A stretch of 64,000 bases of DNA from Octopus sinensis (lineage: Eukaryota): assembly GCF_006345805.1 (NCBI RefSeq), contig NC_043006.1, positions 64,046,001 through 64,110,000 of the forward strand, given 5' to 3'. The position numbers were made by a program, and so were the translations under genes. The notes beneath the pieces were generated by a model. It made no database searches and was not told the DNA's origin. It saw only the letters and a program-made list of their open reading frames with translations. Of the stretch, positions 34,446 to 47,135 are shown piece after piece. The number at the start of each line of letters is the position of its first letter. Within the stretch, counting starts at the first letter, position 1.

Positions 34446-34660
34446 TTCTTCATTTATGATATATATATATATATATAGAATGGTCCATTAAATACCATGA
34501 TTTGATAGAGGAAGCTAGAATGAAGTTCTCTTTATTGACTACTGATGACAGAAACGTGCTCGGCTGTCTGTATGAAACCATGTTACAAGTGCAGATTATC
34601 TGAAAGAAGTCTTTCGATACGTGTTTGTAAATACACACATACAGCTACATATTAAGAGAG

Positions 34661-34715
<55 letters not shown>

Positions 34716-35681
34716 GGAGGAAGAGAGACACACAGACAGGTAAGCTGTTTTGTTTGTCCAAACTAACAGGTCTGCAGCTTTTGATAACACCAAGAGCAGA
34801 CATTGTGATGTTTCTTTCTTTCTTTCTTTCTTCCTTCCTTTTTTTCCTGATCAGATCGACTAACCAAACGAGTGACGCGAAGGACTTGTACATAATATGA
34901 TTATCAATGATTTTAGTTAGCGCTCTTGGCGTGTGCGAGTGTGTGAGAGAGCGAGATACAGAGCAAAGAGAGAGTGTCAAACAATGAAAACCTGTGTAGT
35001 AGAGAGAGAGAAAGAGAGACAGAGAGAGACAGAGAAATACAAAACTCCGTCTATGTGTCAATCAGTACACATTTTATGTTTGTTCCTTTCTTTATTTCTT
35101 TTCCTCGAGAAGACAAAGTAGGCGAAAAAGTAATTGTGAGAAACTCAGACGCACGTATTTTGAATATGTTTGTGTTCTAGAATACAAATTAGACAAACAA
35201 TCTACACTCTTCTGTCAGGTTCTTTCAGACAGGCAGAATATATATGGAGGGAGAATAGAGAATCCACGAATGTAGAGGACGGAGTGAAGTAGCTAGCGCC
35301 ATATTCAAATACTACCAAGATCGACTTTATCCTTCATCATATCGGGATCGATAGAATAAGTACGAATGGACACCGTCAGATGGCATTAAATGCACAAGGT
35401 ATATTTCTCTCCTGAGATGATAAGTTGTCACTTTTTAGATTGAGTTGTTACTTGCTTCTTTGACAGTTAAATGAACTGGGACCATTTCGAAGTTCTGTTA
35501 ACAACGAATTTTATTCAAGAGGTGTCAGAAGGCACTCAAAAATGTACCCACTCGTTTGTTTTGCCACTTATTTTTACCTTCCACTGGAGTTCGTGGGGTT
35601 AAATGCATTGTGTTGGAAAGGAGGCAATTGCATTTCGTTTTATTAGCTGTCCACGCTCATAATCTGAAAGCGACCTTACGA

Positions 35682-35811
35682 ATAATGGCTTCAAATTTTG
35701 GCACAAGGCCAGCAATTTTGGGGAGAGGTGAATCGATTACATCGACTTTGCTATTTATTTTATCGACGTCGAAAGGAAAAATAGGCAAAGCCGACTTCAG
35801 CGGAATTTAAA
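35682..35811 (-). mobile_element. SINE family A, truncated
   Basis: CAAATTTTGGCACAAGGCCAGC...TCGATTACATCGAC...GGCAAAGCCGACTTCAGCGGAATTT. Confidence 0.8.
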
Positions 35812-35837
35812 TCATCTACTAAGTGTTTAGTATGGTC

Positions 35838-35883
35838 CAGTGGTTCCCAACGTGTGGCCCGTGGGGGTCAGTGAACTAAATTC

Positions 35884-35925
<42 letters not shown>

Positions 35926-36007
35926 ATAAGCATATTAAAAGGCGTCCGTAGGAAAACTCATTTAAATAAAAAGGGGTCCTTCGTAGTGAAAAAGCTGGGA
36001 ATCACTG
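35838..36007. mobile_element. Complete hAT MITE with 8-bp TSD
   Basis: TIRs CAGTGGTTCCCAAC / CAGTGATTCCCAGC (12/14); flanks GTATGGTC and GTATAGTC (7/8); internal (TA)n. Confidence 0.85.
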
Positions 36008-36387
36008 GTATAGTCTATATATTTCTATCACTTCTACAAAAGTAACTCAGCCGCCCGTCCATAAGACAACGACGAAGTCTCGCCACGGTCACTCGAACTG
36101 CTAGAAACAGCAACGAAATAACCTTTGAACCACATCCATTTTCACACTAGATAGTCTTAGATTCTCCTCCCCACTCATAAAGAAAAACTGAAAATGGAAA
36201 CAATATTTGTCACAGAACGCTTTTCATATGTTAATGTATCTCAGGCAACATGGTTGGGTTTTAGTAAGACAACAGGATAACGGCAGCAAATGGGATAGGT
36301 GGAGAGAAAGGTGAGAGAAAATAAAATAATAATAGAGAAAACAACAGAGGAAGTAGACTACAGGGAGGTTTAATTTTCTGTAACAGA

Positions 36388-36678
36388 TTCTTTTATTCTT
36401 TTACTTGTTTCAGTCATTTGACTGCGGCCATGCTGGAGCACCGCCTTTAGTCGAGCAAATCGACCTCAGGACTTATTCTTTGTAAGACTAGTACTTATTC
36501 TATTGGTTTGTTTTGCCGAACCGGTAAGTTACGGAGACGTAAACACACCAACATCGGCTGTCAAGCGATGGGGGAGGGGGCAAACACACACACACACACA
36601 CACATATATACGAGGGGCTTCTTTCGATTTCCGTCTTCCAAATCTACTCACAAAGCTTTGCCCAAGGTGCTACGCAGG
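36388..36678 (-). mobile_element. SINE family B, head truncated
   Basis: Well-conserved tail CAGTCATTTGACTGCGGCCATGCTGGAGCACCGCC and body. Confidence 0.9.
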
Positions 36679-36739
36679 TTGATGGATATAAAAACATTTT
36701 TTTGAAAGGTTTGTGGATTTAGGAGTAGGTATAGAAGTA

Positions 36740-36830
36740 GACAGACAGACAGACAGACAGACAGGCAGGCAGGCAGGCAGGCAGACAGACAGACAGACAG
36801 ACATACAGACAGACAGACAGACAGACAGAC

Positions 36831-36902
<72 letters not shown>
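36740..36902. repeat. (AGAC)/(AGGC)/(AGAT) compound microsatellite
   Basis: Direct reading. Confidence 0.95.
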
Positions 36903-37417
36903 CCGTAAGAAGAGAGGATAGTTTACATATGGCGTGTAACCTGGATGGAGGAGCCTTGTTGGTGGGTGTTATAGGTTATTTAGTGAGTATTTTTGAATCG
37001 ATGATTCTTCAGCAGACTTTTTTAATCCCTATTTCCCGCTCTTTCTTGGTGGTGGTTAGTTTTTCGTTCTTTCATGATTAAAATATCCTAGAAACAGTAA
37101 ACGTGTTTTCCACGCATCCAGCTCATTTCGGCGGTTCAGGCTAGATGAAAAACTAACCACATCAAGAAAGAGCGGAAAATAAGGATCAAAGTCCGGAGAA
37201 TCGTTGATTCGAAAGCGCTAAGCTATCTATCTATTTATCTACCTACATACATACCTACCTACCTATTCTGTTTCATTTTATTTTGTCTCATCTTCCTCCC
37301 TACCTATCTTACAAACATCGTTACACTGTTATCTTTCTAGAAAGCTTCTAGTCACAGCTTGCTCAACATCCCTTTATATATGCGTGCACAATACATCGAG
37401 CCTTTATGTTGTAACGC

Positions 37418-37560
37418 ATCCTGCTAGAAACAGCAGCAAAATAACCCTCAAACACACACCTCACCGTCTTAAAATTGACTATGCCTTAAAAAGAAAAGAT
37501 GAGATGGTTATAGCTGGAACACCTTTGATTACAACTATGCTTGATTTGGGTCGGCGAAGG
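37418..37560 (+). mobile_element. Repeat family D copy
   Basis: CCTGCTAGAAACAGCAGCAAAAT...GATGGTTATAGCTGGAACACCTTTGATT. Confidence 0.65.
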
Positions 37561-37856
37561 AAGGTGGGGTGGCTAAGCAACATCGCACTATATTTTGTTG
37601 CGTAGAAATATAAACGCTCAAGCCCGTTATATTATCACACGCATTTAGTGTCAGATGTAATACTTGCTACTTACACGGCATCGTAATCCCTGTTAGTAAA
37701 TACACATACACACACTATTCTTTCTCTAGTTTCAGTCAATTGTAAAATTAAGGTTTCAATGTTTTCCTCAGTACAGACGCACCCATCACAGTTTCTCATG
37801 TCCTTGCAAATCGCCAATGGTACGAACTCAAACTGTTTCCCGCCCTTACTTTAAAT

Positions 37857-37955
37857 CAGGCATGAGCAAAGCGCTGCCTGGTGAGACTTTCCGAATGGCA
37901 CGTTTAACGAAAGATTACCTTGAATTTCTTTTAGTAGTACAGCCCGCTTTACGAT
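37857..37955 (+). mobile_element. hAT-type MITE family F, partial
   Basis: CAGGCATGAGCAAA...GACTTTCCGAATGGCACG...TTACCTTGAA...CAGCCCGCTT. Confidence 0.55.
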
Positions 37956-38240
37956 GAACCATGTCTCATACGTATTGTTGCTCTGTATCGCCGCTTAACT
38001 TGCAAGAGATAGTAGCCAGATATCCCTCAAATCGTATCTTGCTGCTTTTAAAGAGTCGAAGGAGCTATTAAATAATGTAATACTTATCTAATCTATTATC
38101 TCTGTATAAGATAGAGAGAGAGAGAGAGAGAGAGAGGAAGGAAAGGAAGAATGAATGAGAAAGCGATGGCCACAGCTAGAATAACTTGATCGCAAGTTAG
38201 GGCTGATCTGGCTAAGCAACATGTATACACACACACACAT

Positions 38241-38316
<76 letters not shown>

Positions 38317-38591
38317 TCCTTGTATTTATACATTCAGAGAATATACACATAAAACTAGGATTATCAAACAAATGTTTCATCGATCTATATTTATTGTAAA
38401 ACCAACGCCGCGAACGTTCTTGCGTATATGATATCGTTTGCTCTTCCAGTGGGGAAGAGGGAGAGGCGAGAGATAAATATAAACAGTGAGAAAGAGGGGG
38501 AGTTGGAGTTAAAACGAGCATGAAACGGGAAGAAAATGAAAAGAGTAAAAGAGATAAAGTGGACAAATTATCTAAAGTGCACACACATACG

Positions 38592-38624
<33 letters not shown>

Positions 38625-39719
38625 GAGAGAGAGAGAGAGAGAGAGAGATTTGACAGATATGCCAGAATAGATAAATAAAGAGCAAGGAAATGGAGGAGGG
38701 AGAGAATGTGAAGTGTGTAGGAGAGGAAAAATAAGAGATATTATCAGAATCTAAATGATTAGGACCTCATTGTTATTGTCAAACAAAATATGCAGTCGGC
38801 AATTTCCGAAAATAAATTGGCAGCGGATATAGCCGGAAAATGCCGATCATACATACAACGCACACACAAAAACAAACATGCGTATATACGGACATCTCTT
38901 GGTATCCATTTAAATACGCACGCTTAGGTCAGTTATGTTATCGCACGTAAATAAAACTGACGTTCGTATACAGGAATACGTATAGACATAGAAAGTACGT
39001 AAACACACACGACAGACGAACTGTGCGTGTGTGTGAATGGATGTACTTGCGCGCGCATGCTGGCTTGGATGTAAATAGAAACACAGTTTGGAAACAGTTC
39101 ATACGGAAAAGGTTACAGAGGTACTTAGAATGTACACGAAATCGGAAGTTGTTTCGCCCCGAGGTCATTTTGTCCGAAACAGACCTTATAATCAAAGACG
39201 TTCCCTCCTTAACTCTCCAACGTTTTATCTATTATTTTTTTTTTCAAGGAAATATTAACCAATGTGTCCTTTCTCTTTTTTTAAGGTTGTAGGGGATGAG
39301 TTGAGAGCGATATGGTTGCTATTTTTAGCATTTCAAATGACTACTTCGAGCCCCCCCCTCTTTCGTTTGTTACAGTCGGAAGTATATACATAATGTGTGT
39401 GAGTGTATAAGCCACTTATACCTGGATATCTCTTTTAACTCCCTACACGAATGGGTCCATGACATTACAAAACATGGTTTTGAAATGACCTAACAGTTTC
39501 TATCGAGTTGCGTTAGACATGGCCAGGTTCAACTTTTGGCTGAAATATATCTTGAGTTGAGCTAAATTTATATGCACGATAACACCATGGAAATCGCCAA
39601 TATTAGCCATTCAAAAACGCAGAAAACTATATAAATTTCATTTTACTTCGACATTTATTATTTGGTGTTACAATTTCCATTGCAGCAATCGCAACCTGAT
39701 CACTAACACGGTCCCGCAT

Positions 39720-39780
39720 ATACATACATGCATACATACATACATACATACATACATACATACATACATACATACATACA

Positions 39781-39816
<36 letters not shown>

Positions 39817-39820
39817 CATA
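39720..39820. repeat. (CATA)n microsatellite
   Basis: Direct reading. Confidence 0.95.
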
Positions 39821-40589
39821 CACACACCAGATTTTTTTCCCTAACCAAGGAAGTATTATGAAAAAAATTTCATTTCTTGAATTTCTCAAGCTTGTCCTGC
39901 ATAGTCGTTAATAATTATCACTAAGTTTTTGTTTTCTTTTTTGAATTCCAAGGGAAATTTTAATCGGGAATGTTCTTCATACGTCACTCACTAACCTATT
40001 TATCTAAATTCAGGCCATTGCTTACTCGAGTTACTTCCCTTAGCTTACTTTTTTTAAAATTGTGTGTGTGTATGTGAAAGAGAGTGAGAGAGATTTAGGA
40101 CGTTTAAAGATGGTTTAAATAATAAACAAAAGGATGAATCGGAGTAAAAGTTGTGGAGGAAAAAAAACCCCAGAAAAACATCGAGTTGACTTGAATTATT
40201 GGCGAGTCAACTGGAGTTTAACAACACACATTAACGATGTCTTCGGAGTTTGGGACATTTAGCTGATCAAGGGGCGAGATCTCATTTACGTTACCGCGAA
40301 TGTGTGTGTGTGTGTGTATGTTTCCGTGTCCGTCCGCCCTTTGACGATATAGGATTCCCGTGTTTTCTTACAATCGGAATTGCGAATCTGAAAGATATTT
40401 CTTACTTTCAAAACTTCCTTTTTTATTAATTATTTATTATTATTTTATTATTATTTTATTGATTATTTATTATTTATTGGCATTTTACCTCCATTCCGTG
40501 ATCTTTTCCTTATGGTGTTCCAAAACTTCACAGTTTATAACAAGTGATGATGAGAGGGGGCATTGCTTTTCGGAATTGTTAATTTTACT

Positions 40590-41037
40590 TACTTGTTTAT
40601 GACAACCCATCAAAGGTGATGAGAGCGTGGACCCAGAACATTCATCATCCTCTGCCTTCAGCACATTGCTTCTCATGGGAGCGGGCGTGACAAGTCCGAT
40701 ACGAGATAGCCAGATCCTGTGGCATTGAGGACACTGAAAGTGACCCCGAACAACAGCCGCAGGGAGTTGATGACGACGTCTCCTCCTCTCTTCGTGCAGT
40801 CTCCTGCGTTCGGATTCAAAGCGCTCCACTCCAGCATTACACAAGGACTCCCGTGCCTTCTGATTAACAGTCTGGGAGGGTCACCGCATAACATGAGAGA
40901 CCGCTTACGATGATCACGAAAACGAAGTATCGGACGTCCATGAGGCCTACTTACAGTTTCGATCTCACTGAAGAGGGCCGCTTTTGGAAGCCGGTTACTC
41001 GGCATCCGAATCACATGGCCAACCTGGTGGAATTGAC
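40590..41037 (-). mobile_element. RTE-clade (BovB-like) LINE 3' end, frameshifted
   Basis: VGHVIRMPSNRLPKAALFSE...RPHGRPILRFRD, then in another frame RFESERR...FQCPQCHRIWLSRIGL (C-terminal zinc-finger-like ending of RTE ORFs), followed by a short 3' UTR. Confidence 0.85.
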
Positions 41038-41109
41038 ACAACCGAAGAAATTACGGGGTTTAGCGCACTCGATCACTTCCGACTCTATTCTTCTAAAATG
41101 TCGGTTATA

Positions 41110-41420
41110 TCTTTTATCTTTCACTTGTTTCAGTCACTGAACAGCGGCCATGCTGGGGCACCACCTTTGAAAGGTTTAGTCAAACAAATCGACCCCAGTA
41201 CTTGACAAATCGCTATATCGCGGGAACGTAAACAACACCGGTTGTCAAGCGATGGCGACGAAGCGAAGACACACACAAACACACACACGTATATTATATA
41301 CAATCAGCTTCCACACAGTTTCCATCTACCAAATTCACTCACAAACCCGAGTTTACTGTAGAAGACACTTGCCCAAGGAGCCGCGCAGTGGGACTGACTA
41401 CGTGGTTGCAAAATGAACTT
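41110..41420 (-). mobile_element. SINE family B
   Basis: GCGGCCATGCTGGGGCACC tail and GTAGAAGACACTTGCCCAAGG body. Confidence 0.85.
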
Positions 41421-41421
41421 G

Positions 41422-41470
<49 letters not shown>

Positions 41471-41544
41471 TATGGGTGTAGTATGGTTGAATGGTTAAGA
41501 AGTTATCTTCGCAAACACCATTTATACATAGCCAAGAGTTAGGT

Positions 41545-41740
41545 GGTCAATCTGGCAAAATCGTTAGCCCTAACGGACAAAATTCGCATTTCGTCCGTCT
41601 TTATGTTTTAAGTTCATATTCCGTCGTGGTCGACTTTGTCTTTCATCCTTTCGCAATCAATAAATTAAGTACCAGTCAAATACTAGGGCCGACTTCCCTT
41701 CCCTTCAAAAACTGCTGGTCCTATACCAAAATTTGAAACC
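41545..41740 (+). mobile_element. SINE family A, decayed
   Basis: CTGGCAAAATCGTTAGC...GGTCGACTTTGTCTTTCATCCTTTCG...CCAAAATTTGAAACC. Confidence 0.8.
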
Positions 41741-41843
41741 ATATATATCCCAAAATTGATCTATATTTTGTGACTGAAATTGGTAAAAGAGAAACTGTGA
41801 GAAACCGGTCGGGTGGATTGTACCGGGAATTCGAAAAGTACAG

Positions 41844-41914
<71 letters not shown>

Positions 41915-41959
41915 GCAATGTTCCGTATGTTAAAACTCCCCGTTTTCTTCATGATTTTT

Positions 41960-42046
41960 CCTTGGGCAAGTGTCTTCTACTATAGCCTTGGGCCGACCAA
42001 AGCATTTTGAGTGGATTTGGTAGACGGAAACTGAAAGAAGCCCGTC

Positions 42047-42088
<42 letters not shown>

Positions 42089-42325
42089 GAGAGAGAGAGA
42101 GAGAGAGATGTGTATGTTTGTGTTTCTTCCCCACCATCCCTTGACAACTGATGCTAGTGTGTTTACGTCTCCGTAACTTAGCGGTTCGGCAACACAGATC
42201 AATAGAATAAGTACTAGGCTTACAAAGAATAAGTTCCAAGGTCGATTTGTCCGACTAAAGGCGGCTCCAGCATGGCCGCAGTCAAATGAATGAAACAAAT
42301 AAAAAAGTAAAAGAGTAAAAAAAGA
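41960..42325 (+). mobile_element. SINE family B, head missing
   Basis: CCTTGGGCAAGTGTCTTCTACTATAGCC, central (TA)(GA) tract and conserved tail. Confidence 0.9.
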
Positions 42326-42539
42326 ATAATGGTGAGGGCGGGCGCGCGCGAGTGTTTGTGAAAGCATGCGCACTCTGTCCCTCAACCAAAACTAAGTTCA
42401 ATTCAGACAAGATGACTGCTGACACATTTTAGGATGGAACAGCTGCTACACAAATTTTATAGTTATCTGTAATGGCTCCTAGGTACCTCTACGGTGTAAA
42501 CTTTGCTGCAGTTAGGATAGTCCGATATTTAAGTTACAC

Positions 42540-43120
42540 AAGGCGGCGAGCTAGCAGAATCGTTAGCACGTCGGGCGAAATGCTTAGCGGTATTTCGTCT
42601 GCGTTACGTTGTGAGTTCGAATTCCGCCGAGGTCGACTTTGCCTTTCATCCTTTCGGGGTCGATAAATCAAGTACCAGTTACGCACTGGGGTCGATGTAA
42701 TCGACTTAATACCTATGTCTGTCCTTGTTTGTCCCCTCTGTGTTTAGCCCCTTGTGGGTAATAAAGAAATAGGTATTTCGTCTGTCGCTACGTTCTGAGT
42801 TCAAATTCCGCCGAGGTCGACTTTGCCTTTCATCCCTTCGGGGTCGATTAAATAAGTACCAGTTACGCACTGGGGTCGATCTAATCGACTTAATCCGTTT
42901 GTCTGTCCTTGTTTGTCCCTTCTGTGTTTAGCCCCTTGTGGATAGTAAAGAAATAGGTATTTCGTCTGCCGCTGCATTTTGAGTTCAAATTCCGCCGAGG
43001 TCGACTTTGCCTTTCATCCTTTCGGAGTCGATTAAATAAGTACCAGTTGCGTACTGGGGTCGATCTAATCGACTGGCCCCTTCCCATAAAATTCCGGGCC
43101 TTGTCCCTAGAGTAGAAAGG
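42540..43120 (+). mobile_element. SINE family A trimer with 16-bp TSD
   Basis: GGTATTTCGTC at 42589, 42772 and 42956 (period 183-184); flanks GATATTTAAGTTACAC (42524-42539) and GATATCTAAGTTACAC (43121-43136). Confidence 0.92.
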
Positions 43121-43290
43121 GATATCTAAGTTACACTGATTTTTAATGCAACAGCTTATGAATCTTAATATCTCCCTCAATTTTTGTCCTTAAGTGATAG
43201 CGGCTTTGTAAGACTTCTAAGTAAATAAAATAAAAAGACCCCTTCCAATAAAAATAAAATCCACCGGATGTTTTTCAACCAATTTTTATT

Positions 43291-43608
43291 TGGCTGTGTG
43301 GTGAGAAGTTTGCTCCCCAACCACGTGGTTCCGGTTTCAGGTCCCATTGCGTGGCACCTTGCGACCAGAGAATCGTGGGGAATTTGGCAGACGGAAGCTG
43401 TGTGCGCGCGCGTCTTCCCTGTCCCACCACTGCTTGACAACAACTACTGTTTGTTTACGTCCCCGCAACTTAGCAGTCCGACAAAAGACACCGATAGAAT
43501 AAGCGTCACACTTCAAACAATAAGCACTGGGGTCGATTTGTTCGAATAAATCCGTCAAGGGCATGACCCCAGCATGGCCGCAGTTCAGTGACTGAAACAA
43601 GTAAAAAA
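43291..43608 (+). mobile_element. SINE family B, full length
   Basis: TGGCTGTGTGGTGAGAAG head through CCCCAGCATGGCCGCAG...GACTGAAACAAGTAAAA tail. Confidence 0.9.
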
Positions 43609-43730
43609 GTTGTTTAACACGCTATAACCATTAGTCAAGTGACATGACATCTTTACCCCATTTCTTGTCTTCTATAGTGTCTACAATTCCTGTTTCTCTA
43701 AACACACAAACTTTATAATTCCTTCCCCCA

Positions 43731-43923
43731 TAGGCAAAAAATTTGAAATTTGGGGCGAGGGGGGATAGTCAATTACATCGACCCCTAGTGCTCAACTGAT
43801 AATAATTTCATCAAGGACGAAAGGTAAATTTGACCTCGGCGAAATTTGAACTCAGAACGTAAAAAGGGACGAAATAGCGCTAAGCACTTTTCCGGCGTAT
43901 TAACAGTTCTTCAGAGTTCACCG
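43731..43923 (-). mobile_element. SINE family A, decayed
   Basis: GTCAATTACATCGACCCC...GACCTCGGCGAAATTTGAACTCAGAACGTA. Confidence 0.8.
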
Positions 43924-44002
43924 TTCAACAAACTGCGTAATAAACAGTGCTCACTATTATTGTCGAAGCCTACCCGATTCCTATAGACCCGTTCCTTGTA
44001 TT

Positions 44003-44263
44003 ATTTTTTTTTAAATGTTCCTTCTCGAGCCATGCCAGGCTCATAAGGGCCGGTTTCCTGGTTTCAGTGGCGTAGAAATTCCCCACCTGGACGGGACGCC
44101 GGTCCATCGTAGGATTACTCATTTTTGCCAGCTGAGTGGACTGGAGCAACGTGAAATGAAATGTTTTGCTCAAGAACACAACGCATCGCCCGGTCCAGGA
44201 ATCGAAACCACAATCTTACGATCATGAGTTCAACACCCTAACCACTAAGCCACGCGCCTCCAC
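44003..44263 (-). mobile_element. tRNA-derived SINE family C, best-preserved copy
   Basis: Minus strand GGCGCGTGGCTTAGTGGTTAGG (box A), GGTTTCGATTCC (box B), TCCACTCAGCTG...GATGGACCGGCGTCCCGTCCAGG...GAAACC central domain (Meta-domain-like), A-rich tail. Confidence 0.88.
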
Positions 44264-44564
44264 TCTATTGTATTAACTGGGTATTATTTTCTGCCATCAT
44301 TGCTTCAAAATATTTTAAAACTCTTCGCCTATTTATTCTTTTCCATATTTCTCCAGAAACATGAACAACATATTACAGCAAATCATTTTTTAATAGAACT
44401 GTTACCCTCCGGAAATCTCACTACGTCACATATTCTCTACAGACCAAAAGTCTACACTGAGGATCTTAAGTTGTTCGCCGATTTCACCGATGAAATCTCT
44501 GTTAAAGCCTGCATATAGTACAAACCCGATCCCTTTTATCTACACTGTATAAATGCTGATTTCT

Positions 44565-44700
44565 AGCACAGACACAAGGCCTCGATTTTAGGGAAGGTGT
44601 TAAAGTTGATTTAATCAACCTCAGCATTTGACTGATATTTTTTCAGCATCGGAAGGATGAGAGGCAAAGTCGACTCCAACCGCATTTCAGTTCAGAACTT
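44565..44700 (-). mobile_element. SINE family A, old fragment
   Basis: CACAAGGCC...GAAGGATGAGAGGCAAAGTCGAC. Confidence 0.6.
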
Positions 44701-44789
44701 AGGCACATACGAATAAAACATCGCATATTACTTTATCCAACATAAAAAAAATTTAAAGAATGACCAGCAAAATGTATATGAATAGCATA

Positions 44790-45370
44790 GACAAATACAA
44801 GTATATCAAATACCATACAAGAAATAAATGTCTTAATAAATTAAGATATTTCTGTCTCTAGAGGATGTGTCACAGTTACTACTTGACAATTGAGACCAGC
44901 TTCATATGAAAAGGGGAGATAATCTCAAGTTAATCCGAAGTTGATATGTCATGAAGAAAATGAACAGGCTTATTGTTTGGAGATAAGAGGACAGTTGTGG
45001 GCACGTGTTTCTGCCTCTATAAACGTCATCAGTACAATTGCTATACACAATCTCTAGCAGTCAAGAGATAGAGACGTATACAAAAAGTGTAGGGCGCATT
45101 TATGGCCCAGGTAAATGAAATAATTAAACATTTATGGCCCAGGTAAATCAAATAATTGCATAAATTAAACAAAAATGCGCCGAAAGAAGTAACTCAGAGA
45201 GGCCCAGTGGTATGTATTTAAAGAACAAGGACAAATACAGGTGTATGAAATACCATACAAATAAAATTCTTGATTTATTAAAATTATCTCTGCCTTTAGA
45301 CGATGTGTCATAATTACCAAATGGCAATTGAGACCCACTCCATTGGAGAAGGAGAGATAACCTCAAGAAC
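44790..45370 (-). mobile_element. Repeat family E, about 1.3 tandem units of 440 bp (hammerhead-bearing)
   Basis: 44790-44930 is repeated, diverged, at 45230-45368 (GACAAATACA...AAATACCATACAA...GATGTGTCA...CAATTGAGACC...GAGATAA.CTCAAG). Confidence 0.6.
44992..45040 (-). ncRNA. Hammerhead motif in family E, cleavage triplet mutated
   Basis: Minus strand CAATTGTA-CTGATGA-cgtttatagaggca-GAAA-CACGTG-CC-CACAACTG; intact CUGAUGA and GAAA, palindromic CACGUG, stem I 6/8 paired. Confidence 0.55.
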
Positions 45371-45715
45371 GAAGAATTCACAGAGTTGGTCGCGATTGCT
45401 AATTGGTAATTGCGACGCAACCTCTTGGGGTTGAGATAACTTGAATGAATACAAAAAGTTAGTAGTTTCAATGTGTGTTTGTTTATGTGATGGTGGTGGG
45501 GGTGGGGGTTATTACATTTTAGTGTCTGCCAGAACGAATTAATGTACACATATCTATGGCTCCATGACAGTATGTGGGTGTTACTGTGTGCACATACGCG
45601 CGCAACTTCCGAGTCGCTTATATAATATACGCGATTCAGGAAGTTGTATTGCCTATTATAAATAATGTCGTGTGCAAACAGAATCTTGTGTGCAAATATA
45701 ATTATGTATGACAGT

Positions 45716-45749
<34 letters not shown>

Positions 45750-46729
45750 AGGGGGGGGAGAAACAGTGAGAGACATAGTTTATTTATTTTGTAAGCTATT
45801 GCTTTAAGTCCTACATCGGTCATAATCGAACGGATCAATTCTCAAAGGCGTTACAGTCTCGTTTATATATTTATCCAGTAATAGTCTCTGTAACTACCTT
45901 ATCCTGTGTCCTTTATTTTTTTAAAGAAAGTAGCGTGTAATTTAAAAATCTAGCTGCAGTTTTTAGCAGATCGATAAACTGCGCAGAGAGTTGCTCATTG
46001 GTTGTATTACAATGGGTGCGTGTGTGTATGTTGTGGTAATTAAACATGTACAGGCATTTTTTTTTCGTGTATGTTAATATGTGCGTATGTGTATTTATTT
46101 AAATGTGCAAATATACGTGTATATATTTTTTAGTTAACATACTGCATGTTTGCACAGAAGATCTATAGAATGCGCGTATGAATGTCACAGCAAGCATGCG
46201 TATTTAGATGCGTAGATGTAACTACAATTATTAGTATTTATGTGTGTGTGTGTGTATGAATAAATGGTTACCGAACAGTAAGCCACCCAGGCAAGTAAGA
46301 TTGAAGTATGGAAGATCATCTCATCAATAAAATTTTCAACAAAGTAAATAAACAATAATTTCAGTATGCGGGTATGTTTACCAAATGTCATTAAAAAAAT
46401 TGTCTTTGCAGAACTTGAATACCCAATGGGCAATGAAAACATAATCGATCTCGCTTTATACTCCATAGGGACGTCATGAACACAAATCTGAAAACAAAAC
46501 GAGATGTAACCTTGATGTCATGGACATCCATAGCTCACGAAAACGATCTGTGAAGAGTGGCCGTTAAGTAATTACAAAGGCAAGTCACGATCGCTTGTGA
46601 ATGTGTGTGTAGATATTTATACATGAGTCAGTGAGTATGTATGCCTAGGTATGCAAAAATGCGTGTGGTGATATAGATTTGGGCGTTTCTAGAAAGAATG
46701 AATGCGCGTTTGTGTTCATAATGGCAGCT

Positions 46730-46730
46730 G

Positions 46731-46778
<48 letters not shown>

Positions 46779-46792
46779 TGTGTGTGTGTGTG

Positions 46793-46853
<61 letters not shown>

Positions 46854-46865
46854 TGTGCGCGTGTG
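46730..46865. repeat. (GT)n microsatellite
   Basis: Direct reading. Confidence 0.95.
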
Positions 46866-46964
46866 TGTCTAGACGTGTCTGTAGGCCTGTAAATAACCAC
46901 ATAAAGATTATCGCTTCTGTGAAATATGACGCTTTTGTTAAATGTTATAGGAAAGAAGATTGGA

Positions 46965-47135
46965 AGGCGAAGCATTTCTTCCGGCTTATTACGTCCTGAG
47001 TTCAAATTCCGCCAAGGTCGACTATGCCTTCCGTCTTTTCGGAGTCATTAAAGTACCAGCTGAACACTGGGGGTCGATTTAATCGAGTAGCCCAGTCCCT
47101 CAAAATTCCAGGGCATGTGCCTATAGCATGAAGAA
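46965..47135 (+). mobile_element. SINE family A, 5'-decayed
   Basis: CTGAGTTCAAATTCCGCCAAGGTCGAC...GGGTCGATTTAATCGA. Confidence 0.8.

Noticed and set aside
34535-34570. CTGATGA-ca-GAAACGT, and similar CTGATGA-c-GAAA at about 13543-13555 (minus strand)
   Set aside because: No stem II, no valid NUH and no stem I; not counted as hammerheads.
42589-43075. Regularly spaced direct repeats suggestive of a CRISPR-like array
   Set aside because: The units are 183-184-bp near-identical SINE bodies without unique spacers, in eukaryotic DNA.
45097-45158. 32-bp tandem duplication inside family E
   Set aside because: An ordinary local slippage duplication; only one copy is present in the 34165 homologue.
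46400-46480. Acceptor-like TGTCTTTGCAG followed by LEYPMGNENIIDLALYSIGTS*
   Set aside because: Too short and unrecognised; expected by chance.
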